Positions 7,968 to 17,961 of a stretch of DNA of 49,197 bases are shown piece after piece. How positions within the stretch are numbered: position 1 is the stretch's first letter; each line of letters begins with the position of its first letter. The notes under the pieces are model-generated. The model searched no databases. It worked only from the letters and a program-made list of their open reading frames with translations, and had not been told where the DNA came from. A program made the translations under genes and the position numbers. Source of the stretch: Candidatus Obscuribacteraceae bacterium (GTDB lineage: Bacteria; Cyanobacteriota; Vampirovibrionia; Obscuribacterales; Obscuribacteraceae); assembly GCA_044229845.1 (NCBI GenBank), contig JBGASG010000017.1, forward strand, positions 1-49,197, read 5' to 3'.

Positions 7968-10130
7968 TCAGTCATCCCGATCGCCTTTGCCGGCAAAGGA
8001 ACCGAAAACATCACTGGCACTAGGCTTAGCAACCTCGCCGGTCCAGGTAACTTGTTTCACTGGCTGATCGTGAGTGACGACCGGCGGAGTGAGCGCCTTC
8101 ACTTCGGTGACCAGGCGCGAGGAAGCCGAAGCAACCACTTGTTCTACACGGGTGCCGTCGCGAGGTGCGGAGGCGATACCGAAATTGAACGAACAGGTGA
8201 CCGCGCTGCCCGACCCGGCCAGCACGGTTTGCTGGAACTCGCGGCGCAGCGCCTGCATTGCCTCACCAGCTGAAACCGAATCACTCTGAGGAAACGCCAG
8301 CGCCATCCCGAAATCGCCCCAGCGCGCCCGCAGGGTTTCGGCCGTGAAGCGTTCGTGAACCAGCTGGTAGAGAGCACTCCACACCTGCAGCGCAAAATGG
8401 AAACCATGCATGACACTGATCTCGTGCAGGTGTTCGATCTCGATCAAAGCAATGGCATACGACCCCGAACCCGCTATGTTCTGGCGTTCGCAAAGATTGT
8501 AGAACGCAGCGGTAGCCAGTGAAGAGTCCGACCAGAAATCGCCGCGGTTGTATCCGCCAGCCGCCCGCGCCCGTTTCAAGTGCGCGGTGACGCGAGTGAG
8601 CAGCTCGGTTTCTACAACCGGTTTGGCAATGAAATCGTCGGCGCCGGCTTCGAACGCCAGCGTGCGCGCCTCATAGCCACCATTGGCGGTGAGAAACAAA
8701 ATCGGCAGCGACTTCCAGGTGGCATCACTGCGGATCAACCGGCAAACATCGTAGCCGCTGATTCCGGGCATCTGCACATCGAGCAGGAGCAGGTCTGGTT
8801 TGAATTCTTCCAGTGCCTGCAACGTCTGAATCGGCTCTTTCAACCCCCGCACCAGCATGCCTTCGTTATTCAAAATCGATTGCACAATCTCGGAGACTGT
8901 TTCGTCGTCCTCGACGTTGAGAACTCGCGGCTTGCGCCGCCGCGACAGCGCAATCAGTTTTTCGATGATCTGTTGCACCGTCGTGTTGGCGTCGAGGATA
9001 TAAGATATGCCGGCATAGTTGAGTTCGGCTTTGCTGAAGGCTTTGATACTCTTGCAGGTGAGCGCCAGCGGCAGAGCGAAAGCGCCTGGCAAGGCACGCA
9101 CGGTTTTGCATGATTCGAGAAGCTCATCCGGCTCGTCGGCTCTGATTATTGCACCATCGACAACGCCCTTGCCGAGCGACTGAATCAAACGGTGCTTGAC
9201 GGTCGGCACTGAGAGCACATCGACTGTGCCGCCCCAGTAACTCTTGCGCCCGATCTTTTCCGGCTCGTGCACGGCACTCAAAAAGATGATCTTCGAGGAT
9301 CCGGGGGGCAGGGCTTCCATCGGCGCTGCCGAGGACGACTTGGTGTCGACCAGCTGCTCTTTGATGTGACGCTCGGTTTCTGCGATCACTTTATTGATAT
9401 CAGTCCAGATAATTTTGGCGGTCGCCGCCTCCACCTTGCCGATGGCCATCAGCATGTCTTCGACCTTGCCGGCCATCTCGCTTACATAGTTGAGGCCCAC
9501 CGAACCGGCCGAACCCCTGATTTTATGGGCCTGCATCTGAGCATCAGCTTTGGCGTCGCGGTCACCGGCTTCGCCGCGACCGGAGGCTTCTTGCAGTTGC
9601 GCCCAGGTTTGCGGCAGATCGGCGACGTAGCCTTTGCGAACGCGTTCCAGCTTGTCAGTCTTCACCGGTGGCTGTATCTGACCGCTGGCTCCCTGATCAA
9701 CGCCGTCCGAAACCTCACCGCTGGGCATGGACTGTGGCACCACTTGCGGTGCGTTACGCAGCGAAGGCAACAAGCTTTTGATCTGATCGAGAAACAAGTT
9801 GGGCACAATCGGCTTGCGCAGAATGAGCGAAACACGATGCACGTTGCGCGCCGTGTCAAAGGTTTGTTTGTCCAACCAGTTGGCAGACAATAGAACCACT
9901 GGTGTCTTGGCGCCGGTTTCGCGGAACCGTCCCACCCACGTCAATCCGTCTTCATCAGGGAGGCGGTAGTCGACGATCACCATGGAAGGCTGTTCCTGCG
10001 CCACGAGCGTCGAGGCTTCGCGCGCCGACCGCGCCTGCATGACCGGACACCCGGTGGTCAACAGGATCTCCACCAGCAGTTTCCTGAACTTGGCGTCGTC
10101 GTCTAAAACTAGAATTGGTTGATCTTCCAC
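7968..10130 (-). CDS. Multidomain response regulator: REC, Hpt, degenerate REC, REC, degenerate GGDEF
   Basis: ILVLDDD..IVDYRLPD; Hpt AHKIRGSAGSVG; VLNVEDD..LLLDVQMPG..KP; GGDEF-like tail with RWGDFG at the signature position and TCSFNFGIASAPRDG. Confidence 0.85.
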   Translation of the reverse strand: MEDQPILVLDDDAKFRKLLVEILLTTGCPVMQARSAREASTLVAQEQPSMVIVDYRLPDEDGLTWVGRFRETGAKTPVVLLSANWLDKQTFDTARNVHRVSLILRKPIVPNLFLDQIKSLLPSLRNAPQVVPQSMPSGEVSDGVDQGASGQIQPPVKTDKLERVRKGYVADLPQTWAQLQEASGRGEAGDRDAKADAQMQAHKIRGSAGSVGLNYVSEMAGKVEDMLMAIGKVEAATAKIIWTDINKVIAETERHIKEQLVDTKSSSAAPMEALPPGSSKIIFLSAVHEPEKIGRKSYWGGTVDVLSVPTVKHRLIQSLGKGVVDGAIIRADEPDELLESCKTVRALPGAFALPLALTCKSIKAFSKAELNYAGISYILDANTTVQQIIEKLIALSRRRKPRVLNVEDDETVSEIVQSILNNEGMLVRGLKEPIQTLQALEEFKPDLLLLDVQMPGISGYDVCRLIRSDATWKSLPILFLTANGGYEARTLAFEAGADDFIAKPVVETELLTRVTAHLKRARAAGGYNRGDFWSDSSLATAAFYNLCERQNIAGSGSYAIALIEIEHLHEISVMHGFHFALQVWSALYQLVHERFTAETLRARWGDFGMALAFPQSDSVSAGEAMQALRREFQQTVLAGSGSAVTCSFNFGIASAPRDGTRVEQVVASASSRLVTEVKALTPPVVTHDQPVKQVTWTGEVAKPSASDVFGSFAGKGDRDD

Positions 10131-10179
10131 GTTCTTTTTTCGCTCCGGGGTTCCTCTAGTAACTATTTATCTCACCTGA

Positions 10180-13100
10180 TCAGGCACGCTTGAGCAGACC
10201 GCTGAGAAGGGCCTTCACTCCATCCAGAAAGTCATCGGAAGTAGTCACGCCTTTGGTCATGTGCATAGTCAGTCCAAGGGTGAGTTTCCGCTTTTCTTCC
10301 TTGCTCAGGTCTTTGGCAGTATAAACCAGCAGCGGCGTGGTTCTGGCACCGCGATCGCGCAAGTGGTTGATCACCTCGAATCCGTCGGCCTGCGGCAGCC
10401 CGACATCCAGAACGATCAGATCGGCCTGAGCCGACGTGCCCAGACTGAGCGCTTCTTCGCCGGACGCAGCCTCAATCACTTGCGCTCCCAGTGAGGCGAT
10501 CTGCTGAGATATGACCTCGCGCGTCGCCGCGTCGTCCTCGATGACAAGCACTCGTGGCGGACCTTCCCGTCGGCTGCCCACCGCCAGATAAAGCGAATTG
10601 ATCAGGCGCTGAGCATCGAACGGCTTCGGCAACCAATCAATTAGAAGCGGGTAGTTCATGGAGCTGATGTCAATCTCGGCACCGGTCATTACAATGACCG
10701 GCAGGTCTTGTTGCCCTTCGGCAACAAGACGATTGAGCAACCGCAATCCATTGCCGTCCGGCAACTGCACATCCAGCACCATGGCATCGGGCAGGCGCTT
10801 GGAGAGTTCTTTCTGAGCATCGTTCATGGTGCCGACTCGACGAATGCTGAAACCTTCGTAATCGAGCGTTTCCTTCAACGTGGCGGAGAGCACATCGTCA
10901 TCCTCGACCATCAAAACGTCGTAGCTGAAAGCTTGCAGTTCCGAAGTAAGAACCCGTTCGACCATTTCGGCATGAGAGGAAGGCAGCTCGAACCAGAAGA
11001 CCGAACCTTTGCCTTCCGTCGAATCAACGCCGATAATGCCGTCATGTTGCTGCACGATCGCCTTCGTGATCGCCAGTCCCAGTCCGGTGCCGCCTTTGAC
11101 GCGCCGGTCCGACGAATCCAATTGTTGAAACATGCCGAACAGCTTGGCCATCTCGCTTGATTTGATGCCGGGACCCTGATCGATGACCGAGACGCGGATG
11201 TTGCCAGCCAGTTTGCCGGGACTGGTGCGAATCAACACCTGCGATCCGGGCGGCGAGAACTTGATGGCGTTGGAGAGCAAATTGGTCAGCACCTGAGTGA
11301 TGCGATCCTGGTCGGCGCGGATACTGCCGGTGGTAGCAATCTCGGTCACTAATGTGACACCGGACTCAGTGGCAATGGCCGCCACCGCGTCACGGGTATC
11401 CATGATCACCTCGTCGATGAACACCTCACTGAGGTTGAGTTCCAGCTTGCCGGCCTCGATTTTCTTGATGTCGAGAATGTCGTTGATCAAACGCACCAAC
11501 CGGTCGGCTTCCGTGCGTCCGACCTGGATCAGGTGCATGGCCTTGGGCGACAGCTCGCCGCCCTTGCCGCCCTCCAGAAGTCCCAGTGCGCCGCGAATGG
11601 AAGTGAGAGGCGTGCGCAATTCGTGCGACACGGTAGAGTAAAACTCGTTGACGCGCCGCTGTATCTCTTGCCGTTCGGTGATGTCCCGGAAACAAAGCAC
11701 CGCCCCGGTGTCGCTCTCGCTCATCTTGAGCGGCGTGCTCACGTATTCTACCGGGAATGTCGTTCCATCTTTGCGCTGGAAGAAGTCGTTGGCCGCTTCG
11801 TAGGCTTCCGACTTGCGAACCGATTGCTGAATCGGGCACTGTTGCGCAGTGTGATTGGTCAGCACCTTACCTTCGGGTGGATGGCGGTGAATCATGTCGT
11901 GCATGTTTCGTCCCACCAGTTCATCGGAAGTGTACCCGAGCAGTTCTTCGCCGCGGGTGTTCAGATAGACCAGATTGCCGTCGTTATCTATCTGGCAAAT
12001 ACCTTCTCCCATGCTGGAAAGAATTGCTGTCAAACGTGTTTCGGTTTCGTGGACGATCTCTTCCACCTGCTTGCGCTGAATAAACTGACCGATCTGCGAT
12101 CCCACCAGTTCGACCGAGTGCAGCAGATCCTCGTCGTAGTGTTCCAGTTTGTGGCTGAAAAGTTCGAAAACGCCAATCACCTTTTCGCTGGCTGACACGG
12201 GGAAAGCCAGTCCGGTATGCAATCCGTTTTGTTTGGCGACATCGGCGCGATCGAAAGAGGCATGCTTGGCCATGTCCTTGACCCAGACCGGTTTGTTGAG
12301 CGCCCAGGCCTGTCCCGGCAGCTCTTCGCCGGAAAGAAACCGCGTGTGCTGCGTCATGTTCAGAAACGCATCGCAGTTGTGCTCGGGCTCGTGCCAGGCG
12401 AGCGCGCAATCGAGAATATTGGAACGAGCATCGACGATCCAGAGGGCGGCGAAGGTCCAGTCCAGGTCTACGCACAGCGCTTCCAGAACTTCCATGACCG
12501 TGTTTTCCAAAGTCGAATCTTTGTTGACTGCCTGCGTAGCGGCCGATTCGATTTGCAAAAGGGTTTCGCTGCGTTCTCGGCGTAACAAAAAATGATTCAA
12601 CCAGGCGGCCGCCGCCAGAAACGAACCGAGGCTGACCACCGCCAACACAATCAGCCGGCGCCGAAAGTCACTGATAGCTTCCGTAAATACTTCCGAGCGG
12701 ATTTTCAGCGAACGGCTCTCTTCTTCCTTAATGTCGGCAAGCAACTGCTCGATCTTGTCCATGTCTTGCTTGCCCTTGTCGGTCAAAAGCACTTCCATCG
12801 CAGCGCTCAATCCCAGGCGCTCGCGCAATTTAGCTGACTTGCGCATCTCGTCGAACTTCGACTTGACGACAGGAATCAGAACCGCGACGCGCTCCTGCTG
12901 CTCTTCGTGATTCTTGGTCAAATTGGTCAGCTTCGCCAGTTCCGGATGTATGCGCTTATCAGCTTTATTGAAGGGCTCGAGATAAGTTTGCCGTCCGGTC
13001 AAGATGAAACCGCGATTGCTCGCTTCAGCAGACTGGGCTAGATTTTCGACGCGTTCTATTTGCGACAAAACATTGTGACTGTGCGTCACGTCTTCGCGTG

Positions 13101-13260
13101 CTTCTACGACCTTCTTCAAATGATCGAAGGTGACGATACCGACCACGGTCAGAATCGCCGCCATCACCACCAGTATCATCAGCGAATAAACTCTGATGCG
13201 CGTGCTGGGCTTCTTGAGAGGCAACTGACGTGTTTGCGATCTCTGGCTCACCGAGTGCAC
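10180..13260 (-). CDS. Hybrid sensor histidine kinase: CHASE3, GAF, PAS, HisKA, HATPase, two REC
   Basis: Two TMs around AEASNRGFILTG..YLEPF (CHASE3); VSHELRTPLTSI; NLLSNAIKFS; DQGPGI; GGTGLGLAI; two REC domains with Asp retained. Confidence 0.93.
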   Translation of the reverse strand: MHSVSQRSQTRQLPLKKPSTRIRVYSLMILVVMAAILTVVGIVTFDHLKKVVEAREDVTHSHNVLSQIERVENLAQSAEASNRGFILTGRQTYLEPFNKADKRIHPELAKLTNLTKNHEEQQERVAVLIPVVKSKFDEMRKSAKLRERLGLSAAMEVLLTDKGKQDMDKIEQLLADIKEEESRSLKIRSEVFTEAISDFRRRLIVLAVVSLGSFLAAAAWLNHFLLRRERSETLLQIESAATQAVNKDSTLENTVMEVLEALCVDLDWTFAALWIVDARSNILDCALAWHEPEHNCDAFLNMTQHTRFLSGEELPGQAWALNKPVWVKDMAKHASFDRADVAKQNGLHTGLAFPVSASEKVIGVFELFSHKLEHYDEDLLHSVELVGSQIGQFIQRKQVEEIVHETETRLTAILSSMGEGICQIDNDGNLVYLNTRGEELLGYTSDELVGRNMHDMIHRHPPEGKVLTNHTAQQCPIQQSVRKSEAYEAANDFFQRKDGTTFPVEYVSTPLKMSESDTGAVLCFRDITERQEIQRRVNEFYSTVSHELRTPLTSIRGALGLLEGGKGGELSPKAMHLIQVGRTEADRLVRLINDILDIKKIEAGKLELNLSEVFIDEVIMDTRDAVAAIATESGVTLVTEIATTGSIRADQDRITQVLTNLLSNAIKFSPPGSQVLIRTSPGKLAGNIRVSVIDQGPGIKSSEMAKLFGMFQQLDSSDRRVKGGTGLGLAITKAIVQQHDGIIGVDSTEGKGSVFWFELPSSHAEMVERVLTSELQAFSYDVLMVEDDDVLSATLKETLDYEGFSIRRVGTMNDAQKELSKRLPDAMVLDVQLPDGNGLRLLNRLVAEGQQDLPVIVMTGAEIDISSMNYPLLIDWLPKPFDAQRLINSLYLAVGSRREGPPRVLVIEDDAATREVISQQIASLGAQVIEAASGEEALSLGTSAQADLIVLDVGLPQADGFEVINHLRDRGARTTPLLVYTAKDLSKEEKRKLTLGLTMHMTKGVTTSDDFLDGVKALLSGLLKRA

Positions 13261-13269
13261 CCCTTCTGC

Positions 13270-13635
13270 CTAGCGGTTCTCCACAATCCGCCTGATTTCG
13301 CCCGGCAACTTCATCGGGTCGAAAGGCTTGGACAAAACACCAGCGACATCCAGAGCTCGGTAACTATCAAGTTCCTGAGCCTGCACCTTAGCGGTCATGA
13401 AGATAACCGGAATGTTAGCAGTTTGCGCGTTTTCTCTCAGCTTGGCGAGCGTCGTAACGCCATCCATCCCCGGCATCATCATGTCCAGGATAATTAAGTC
13501 CGGATTCTCTACCTGGCTGAGCTGCAACGCCTCAGGACCGGATGCCGCCAACACCACATTGAAATCATCTTCCAGGCTGATCTGGGCAATCTCGCGAATA
13601 TGGGGGTCGTCGTCAACCAGCAGGATCTTTTGCAT
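13270..13635 (-). CDS. Single-domain CheY-like response regulator
   Basis: KILLVDDD, ILDMMMPGMDG, FMTA, SKPFDP. Confidence 0.93.
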   Translation of the reverse strand: MQKILLVDDDPHIREIAQISLEDDFNVVLAASGPEALQLSQVENPDLIILDMMMPGMDGVTTLAKLRENAQTANIPVIFMTAKVQAQELDSYRALDVAGVLSKPFDPMKLPGEIRRIVENR

Positions 13636-13830
13636 TTCAGCCTCTTCCAGCTTCCCTCTAGAAACTCACGCACTTCCTGAGCTATACCCACCCAGGCCCT
13701 ATGTTTAAAGTCCTGAACCTAAACCCGATTAAGCCACAAACTAACACCGTGAGTCCAAGACGGATAACCCACGGTGTCCAATTTTCGCCAATTTTTGGCA
13801 CCGGCGTACCCCATGGTCCCGGTCCCATCC

Positions 13831-13860
13831 AAAAACTGAATTGATATCAATTCAGTTTTT
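13831..13860. repeat. Dispersed palindrome copy (30 bp perfect)
   Basis: AAAAACTGAATTGAT|ATCAATTCAGTTTTT, abutting the AraC gene stop codon. Confidence 0.97.
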
Positions 13861-14736
13861 TCAGTTCAGGGGGATGTAGATGTCGAACTCGCTGTCGGCG
13901 CCGTTCGGGCAAAATCGGTCATCATAAAGTTCGAAATCCGGCTGCCCGTCTGCATATTTGTAGTCGCTGCCGGGCAGCCAGGTACCCCAGATATATTTGA
14001 GTGTGAGCGGCAAATTGCCAATCGGACCCTTGTGAGTGAAGACTGCGTAACGTCCGGCCGGAATTCTGCAAACCACCATTCCCTCCGGTACATTATCAGC
14101 CGTTCGCACCGGCAGAGCAGCCACGTAGACAAACTGTTGTTCCGACTGTTTTTTGATGTCGGAGTGGTTCGGCATGCAAACGCCCAGTGCGTAATCAGGA
14201 TTAGTGGCACCAATTTCATGCTTGCGTTCGAGAAATCGATCCCAGAGCGCCTTGATTTGTTCGGTGGCACCCTCTGCGAATCCGCCGCCGAGACCCACGG
14301 CCAGGTCCTCGCCGCGTTCGACGATCTGTGGTTGCATGGTAAGCGTGTTTGTCATGTGAATCACCATATTTAGTGTCGTAGGTTCTTTTTTGACATAGGT
14401 CGTGCTGCCGCCCGTCTGCCTGTAGTGCCCCGGCGTCGTGCCGTACATGCGCTTGAAAGCGCGCGTGAATGCCTCCTGACTGTCGAAGCCGCTGGACACC
14501 GCCAGTTCCATGATTGCTTCGTTTCCTGAAAGCAGGCGATCGGCGGCTCGCGCCAGTCGCCGTTTACGCACGTATTGGGTAACGGATTCACCCAATACAG
14601 CCGAAAACACCCGGTGGAAATGATAGATCGAGAAACCCGCCTGCGCGGCCACATCGGCTGCAGATGGGGGTCGATCCAGATTGGCCTCGATGAACTCAAG
14701 GGCCGCTCCGACAGCATCAACGTACCGTGTTTTCAT
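13861..14736 (-). CDS. AraC-family regulator with GyrI-like effector domain (Rob-like)
   Basis: AGFSIYHFHRVF, YVRKRRL, GFDSQEAFTRAFKRMYGTTP; C-terminal IPAGRYAVFTHKG..IWGTWLP..DFELYD. Confidence 0.93.
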   Translation of the reverse strand: MKTRYVDAVGAALEFIEANLDRPPSAADVAAQAGFSIYHFHRVFSAVLGESVTQYVRKRRLARAADRLLSGNEAIMELAVSSGFDSQEAFTRAFKRMYGTTPGHYRQTGGSTTYVKKEPTTLNMVIHMTNTLTMQPQIVERGEDLAVGLGGGFAEGATEQIKALWDRFLERKHEIGATNPDYALGVCMPNHSDIKKQSEQQFVYVAALPVRTADNVPEGMVVCRIPAGRYAVFTHKGPIGNLPLTLKYIWGTWLPGSDYKYADGQPDFELYDDRFCPNGADSEFDIYIPLN

Positions 14737-14813
14737 GGCAATCGATTCTAGAAGGGAGCTCGGAGCGTGTCTTGATTGTTTTTGCTTTTATATAATTCTG
14801 CCGCGACCGCACG

Positions 14814-15635
14814 TTAGAAGAACGTCTTCACCCGAGTGCGCAGCATGCGATTCAATTCCGCCTGCACTTCACCACCGGCGAAGAAGGCTTTCTGCTGGCA
14901 GGATTTTTCCAGATCGTCCCGCGAATCACCCACGTCTTCCGGCTTCAGCGGCTTCAGGACATGCATGAACCATTGATTGCGGCGCGGTATCAGATTGACC
15001 GGGAACGGCTGCCACGGGAAAGCGGTGGTCACCGGAAACGACGGCAAGCCAAGATAACGTCCGAGTTGCTCGAAGTTCAGCCAGACATCAGCGATTTCAT
15101 CTGGCCCGACAACCGCAACCGGGTAGATCGGCACCTGCGTTTCCACCGCCGGCATCATCTTAGTCCAGTCGAAGTCTCGCACCCGATAACGATCCCCGAC
15201 GGTGCGCACGGCGCTGCCGGCCGGTTCCGGATAAAGAAACGCCAGATCACCAGCCGCGAAGATTTTCTTGGCATTATCTGCGGACCAGGGAACGAAGCCG
15301 ATCTCGACCAGAAACTGATAGAGCCGCTCGTCCTCAATGAAATCCATGTCCATCAAAATATACAAGCGCCGGCCGGTTTGGCGCTGCGACATGAGCGCAT
15401 AGGAAAGCATCAAAGCCGCCCACGGAAAAATACCGCCGGCATTGGCAACAATCAGCGCCGGGCCTTGTTTGGGCAGTCGCTCCAGGTTGGGCACGCATAC
15501 CCGCCACCAGTCCTCGTACAGAAACGCCACATAAGGCTCAATTTTGGCCAGCGTCTTTAAGTTGAATCCGAACTGGTGATCGCGCACATTTGCTCTGGTG
15601 AAGGAGCGATAACGCTGTGCGAAGTTTGTGCGCAT
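14814..15635 (-). CDS. Lysophospholipid acyltransferase-like protein with degenerate catalytic motif
   Basis: Paralogue of the upstream gene (LP.QGPALIVAN, YPE, RYRV.DF, PI.P.A.VG.DE), but NAGGIFPWAA replaces NHSGxxPxD. Confidence 0.8.
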   Translation of the reverse strand: MRTNFAQRYRSFTRANVRDHQFGFNLKTLAKIEPYVAFLYEDWWRVCVPNLERLPKQGPALIVANAGGIFPWAALMLSYALMSQRQTGRRLYILMDMDFIEDERLYQFLVEIGFVPWSADNAKKIFAAGDLAFLYPEPAGSAVRTVGDRYRVRDFDWTKMMPAVETQVPIYPVAVVGPDEIADVWLNFEQLGRYLGLPSFPVTTAFPWQPFPVNLIPRRNQWFMHVLKPLKPEDVGDSRDDLEKSCQQKAFFAGGEVQAELNRMLRTRVKTFF

Positions 15636-16513
15636 CAGTCATCCTCCCACTCGGCAAACAGCGATTTGCGCTCGCGCAGCAGATCGTTTAGATCTTTCTG
15701 AATCGTGTATTGCACTTCTTTGGCCAGTTGCCTCACCAGTTTGCGGTCGTTGGCTCTCTCAGGCGGATAGCCGAAATCGATCGGCTTGTGGATCTTCATC
15801 AGCCATTTAACGGGCAGCGGCACGAACGGCGTCGGGAAAGGCAGAAAAGGAAATGCCGGCGTGATCGGAAAGAAAGGCATGTGAAACAGCTGCTTGAGAA
15901 TCTTCACGTTCGCGAAGTTCGGCAATATTTCGTCACCACCAATGGTGGCAATGGGAATCACCGGCGTCTGGCTGCTGATTGCCAGTTGCACGAAACCAGG
16001 ATGAAAGTCATGAACGCGATAGCGTTCGCGAATTGTCTTGCCGACCCCGCGAATGCCCTCCGGATAGATGCCGACCAGCTCATCGCGCTCCAGCAGCTTC
16101 TGGGCGTTCTCCAGCGTGGCGCGCACCTGTCCGGTTTGTCTCATCCAATCGGACACACCCGGCAAATTGAAAAACCAGTCGGTAGCCAGAAACCGCACCG
16201 GGCGCGGCGTCGAATGATAGTTGATCAGTCCGCAGGTGAGCAGCGCCCCATCCAGAGGAATCAGTCCGGAGTGGTTACCAATCACCAGCGCCTTGCCGGA
16301 ATCAGGAATGTTGTGGATGCCGTGATACTTGACCTTGAAATAGTCTTCGAGCAGAAAGCGAAAAATCGGGAAGGACCAGGCATATGTGGTCAGCGAAAAA
16401 CCAAACTCATCCTCGACGCCCGCATAGCGGGCGCAGAATGCCGGCGCCCGCCGCTCCAGATCCTTGACCGGATCTGTCGGTTTTAGCGCTTTAAGAGCTT
16501 GCCAATCAACCAC
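15635..16513 (-). CDS. Lysophospholipid (PlsC/MGAT-like) acyltransferase
   Basis: GIHNIPDSGKALVIGNHSGLIPLDG, GIYPEGIRG, GFVQLA, PVIPIATIGGDE. Confidence 0.9.
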   Translation of the reverse strand: MVDWQALKALKPTDPVKDLERRAPAFCARYAGVEDEFGFSLTTYAWSFPIFRFLLEDYFKVKYHGIHNIPDSGKALVIGNHSGLIPLDGALLTCGLINYHSTPRPVRFLATDWFFNLPGVSDWMRQTGQVRATLENAQKLLERDELVGIYPEGIRGVGKTIRERYRVHDFHPGFVQLAISSQTPVIPIATIGGDEILPNFANVKILKQLFHMPFFPITPAFPFLPFPTPFVPLPVKWLMKIHKPIDFGYPPERANDRKLVRQLAKEVQYTIQKDLNDLLRERKSLFAEWEDD

Positions 16514-16662
16514 AGAAAACCTAAAACCCCCGGTCCAAAAAACACCATCATCAGGAAGCGCTTGAAGAAAATGCGCGAGAGCACGCGGGCGCGTTCCAGT
16601 TTCTCAGCGCGCGAGTCGCAGAGATTATCGTCGTCGACGGATACCGAATCAAAGTCTTGCAT
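16483..16662 (-). CDS. Small hypothetical membrane protein
   Basis: From ATG 16662 it reads MQDFD..., with a C-terminal TM segment (FLMMVFFGPGVLGFLWLI), and overlaps the acyltransferase start. The track start 16767 is also possible. Confidence 0.45.
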   Translation of the reverse strand: MQDFDSVSVDDDNLCDSRAEKLERARVLSRIFFKRFLMMVFFGPGVLGFLWLIGKLLKR

Positions 16663-16889
16663 GGTCTGTCTGCTTGCCGCCCGTTGCTTGAGATTCGCAT
16701 CTGAGGTGAATAATGCCGCCCAGTATAAGAGCTGCAAAGGTAGAGAGGTGATGCCGATACAGCGCATCTAAACAAAGTTTAACCGCCGCTTGAGAACAGC
16801 TGTTCAGTCCGTTGTTTGCGCTGGCGGGCGGAGCGCTGCGTGCCGATCGACAGAACATGCAATAATTACGCGCTCGGAGGACTAAGTAA

Positions 16890-17228
16890 ATGAGCCAAGA
16901 CTTTTCGAAGATGATGCGCGATGCGCAAGCCTCAATGGCGAAAATGCAAAAAGACATGGCCAAGATGCAGGAAGAACTTGCAAACACCACCGTCGAAGGC
17001 ACAGCCGGCGGCGGCGTGGTCAAAATCACCTGCAACGGCAACGCCGAATTCAAATCAGTGAAGATCGCCAAAGAAGCCGTCGATCCGGAAGATGTAGAAA
17101 CTCTGGAAGACCTGGTTCTGGCAGCCATCAAAGATGCATCGGGCAAGGCGCAGCAAATGCTGCAGCAAAGAGCCGGACACCTGACCGCCGGCATGAATCT
17201 GCCGCCCGGACTCGGTGGCATGTTCTAG
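16890..17228 (+). CDS. ybaB: YbaB/EbfC nucleoid-associated protein
   Basis: VEGTAGGGVVKITCNG, DPEDVETLEDLVLAA; directly upstream of recR. Confidence 0.95.
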   Translation: MSQDFSKMMRDAQASMAKMQKDMAKMQEELANTTVEGTAGGGVVKITCNGNAEFKSVKIAKEAVDPEDVETLEDLVLAAIKDASGKAQQMLQQRAGHLTAGMNLPPGLGGMF

Positions 17229-17234
17229 AGCCAG

Positions 17235-17831
17235 ATGTATTTCACGCGTCCGCTCGCCAAACTAATCGAAGAATTCCAGAAGTTCCCCGGGGTCGGACCG
17301 AAGTCCGCGCAGCGGATGGCGTTCTTCGTCCTCGATATGCCGTTCGACTCGGCGCAGTCGCTGGCCAAAACAATCATCGAAGCCAAGGAGAAGGTCAAGC
17401 ATTGCTCGCACTGCTTCAATCTCTCCGAAAACGATCCCTGCGAAATCTGTCAGGATACTCGTCGCGACAGCCATACAATCTGCGTTGTCGCTGAGGCGCG
17501 CGACTTGATTGCGCTGGAGCGCACCCGTGAGTTCAAAGGTCTCTATCACGTGTTGACCGGCCTGATTTCGCCCCTCGAGGGCAAAGGTCCGGAGAAACTT
17601 TCGATTCGCCAGTTGCTTGAGCGCGTCAGCCGCGAAGAGATCAAAGAAGTGATTCTAGCAATCAACCCGACGGTGGAAGGCGACGCCACTGTTCTGTACC
17701 TGAGCCAGATTTTGCGACCTCTGGGAACGCGTCTCTCCCGCATCGCCTTTGGTCTGCCCGTCGGCGCCGACCTGGAATACGCCGACGATGTGACATTGTC
17801 TAAGTCGCTGCAAGGGCGCCTGGAAATCTAG
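17235..17831 (+). CDS. recR: Recombination mediator RecR
   Basis: PGVGPKSAQRMA, C4 zinc finger, YHVL.G.ISPLEG, EVILA.NPTVEGDAT, GLPVGADLEYAD. Confidence 0.97.
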   Translation: MYFTRPLAKLIEEFQKFPGVGPKSAQRMAFFVLDMPFDSAQSLAKTIIEAKEKVKHCSHCFNLSENDPCEICQDTRRDSHTICVVAEARDLIALERTREFKGLYHVLTGLISPLEGKGPEKLSIRQLLERVSREEIKEVILAINPTVEGDATVLYLSQILRPLGTRLSRIAFGLPVGADLEYADDVTLSKSLQGRLEI

Positions 17832-17961
17832 CCGTACCGCACGCACCTATTGCTTGCAAGTATTGCTTCGCATTCGCACGCTCCTATCGCACCGCATACG
17901 ATACCGCTCGGTTCCCTTACTCACGCAAGGGTTGATCTGCCGGACAGCAGTACGTCGTTGT

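Noticed and set aside
10350..10360. Cyanobacterial HIP1 (GCGATCGC) enrichment
   Set aside because: Only sporadic occurrences were noticed; not counted formally, and no sign of HIP1-level density.
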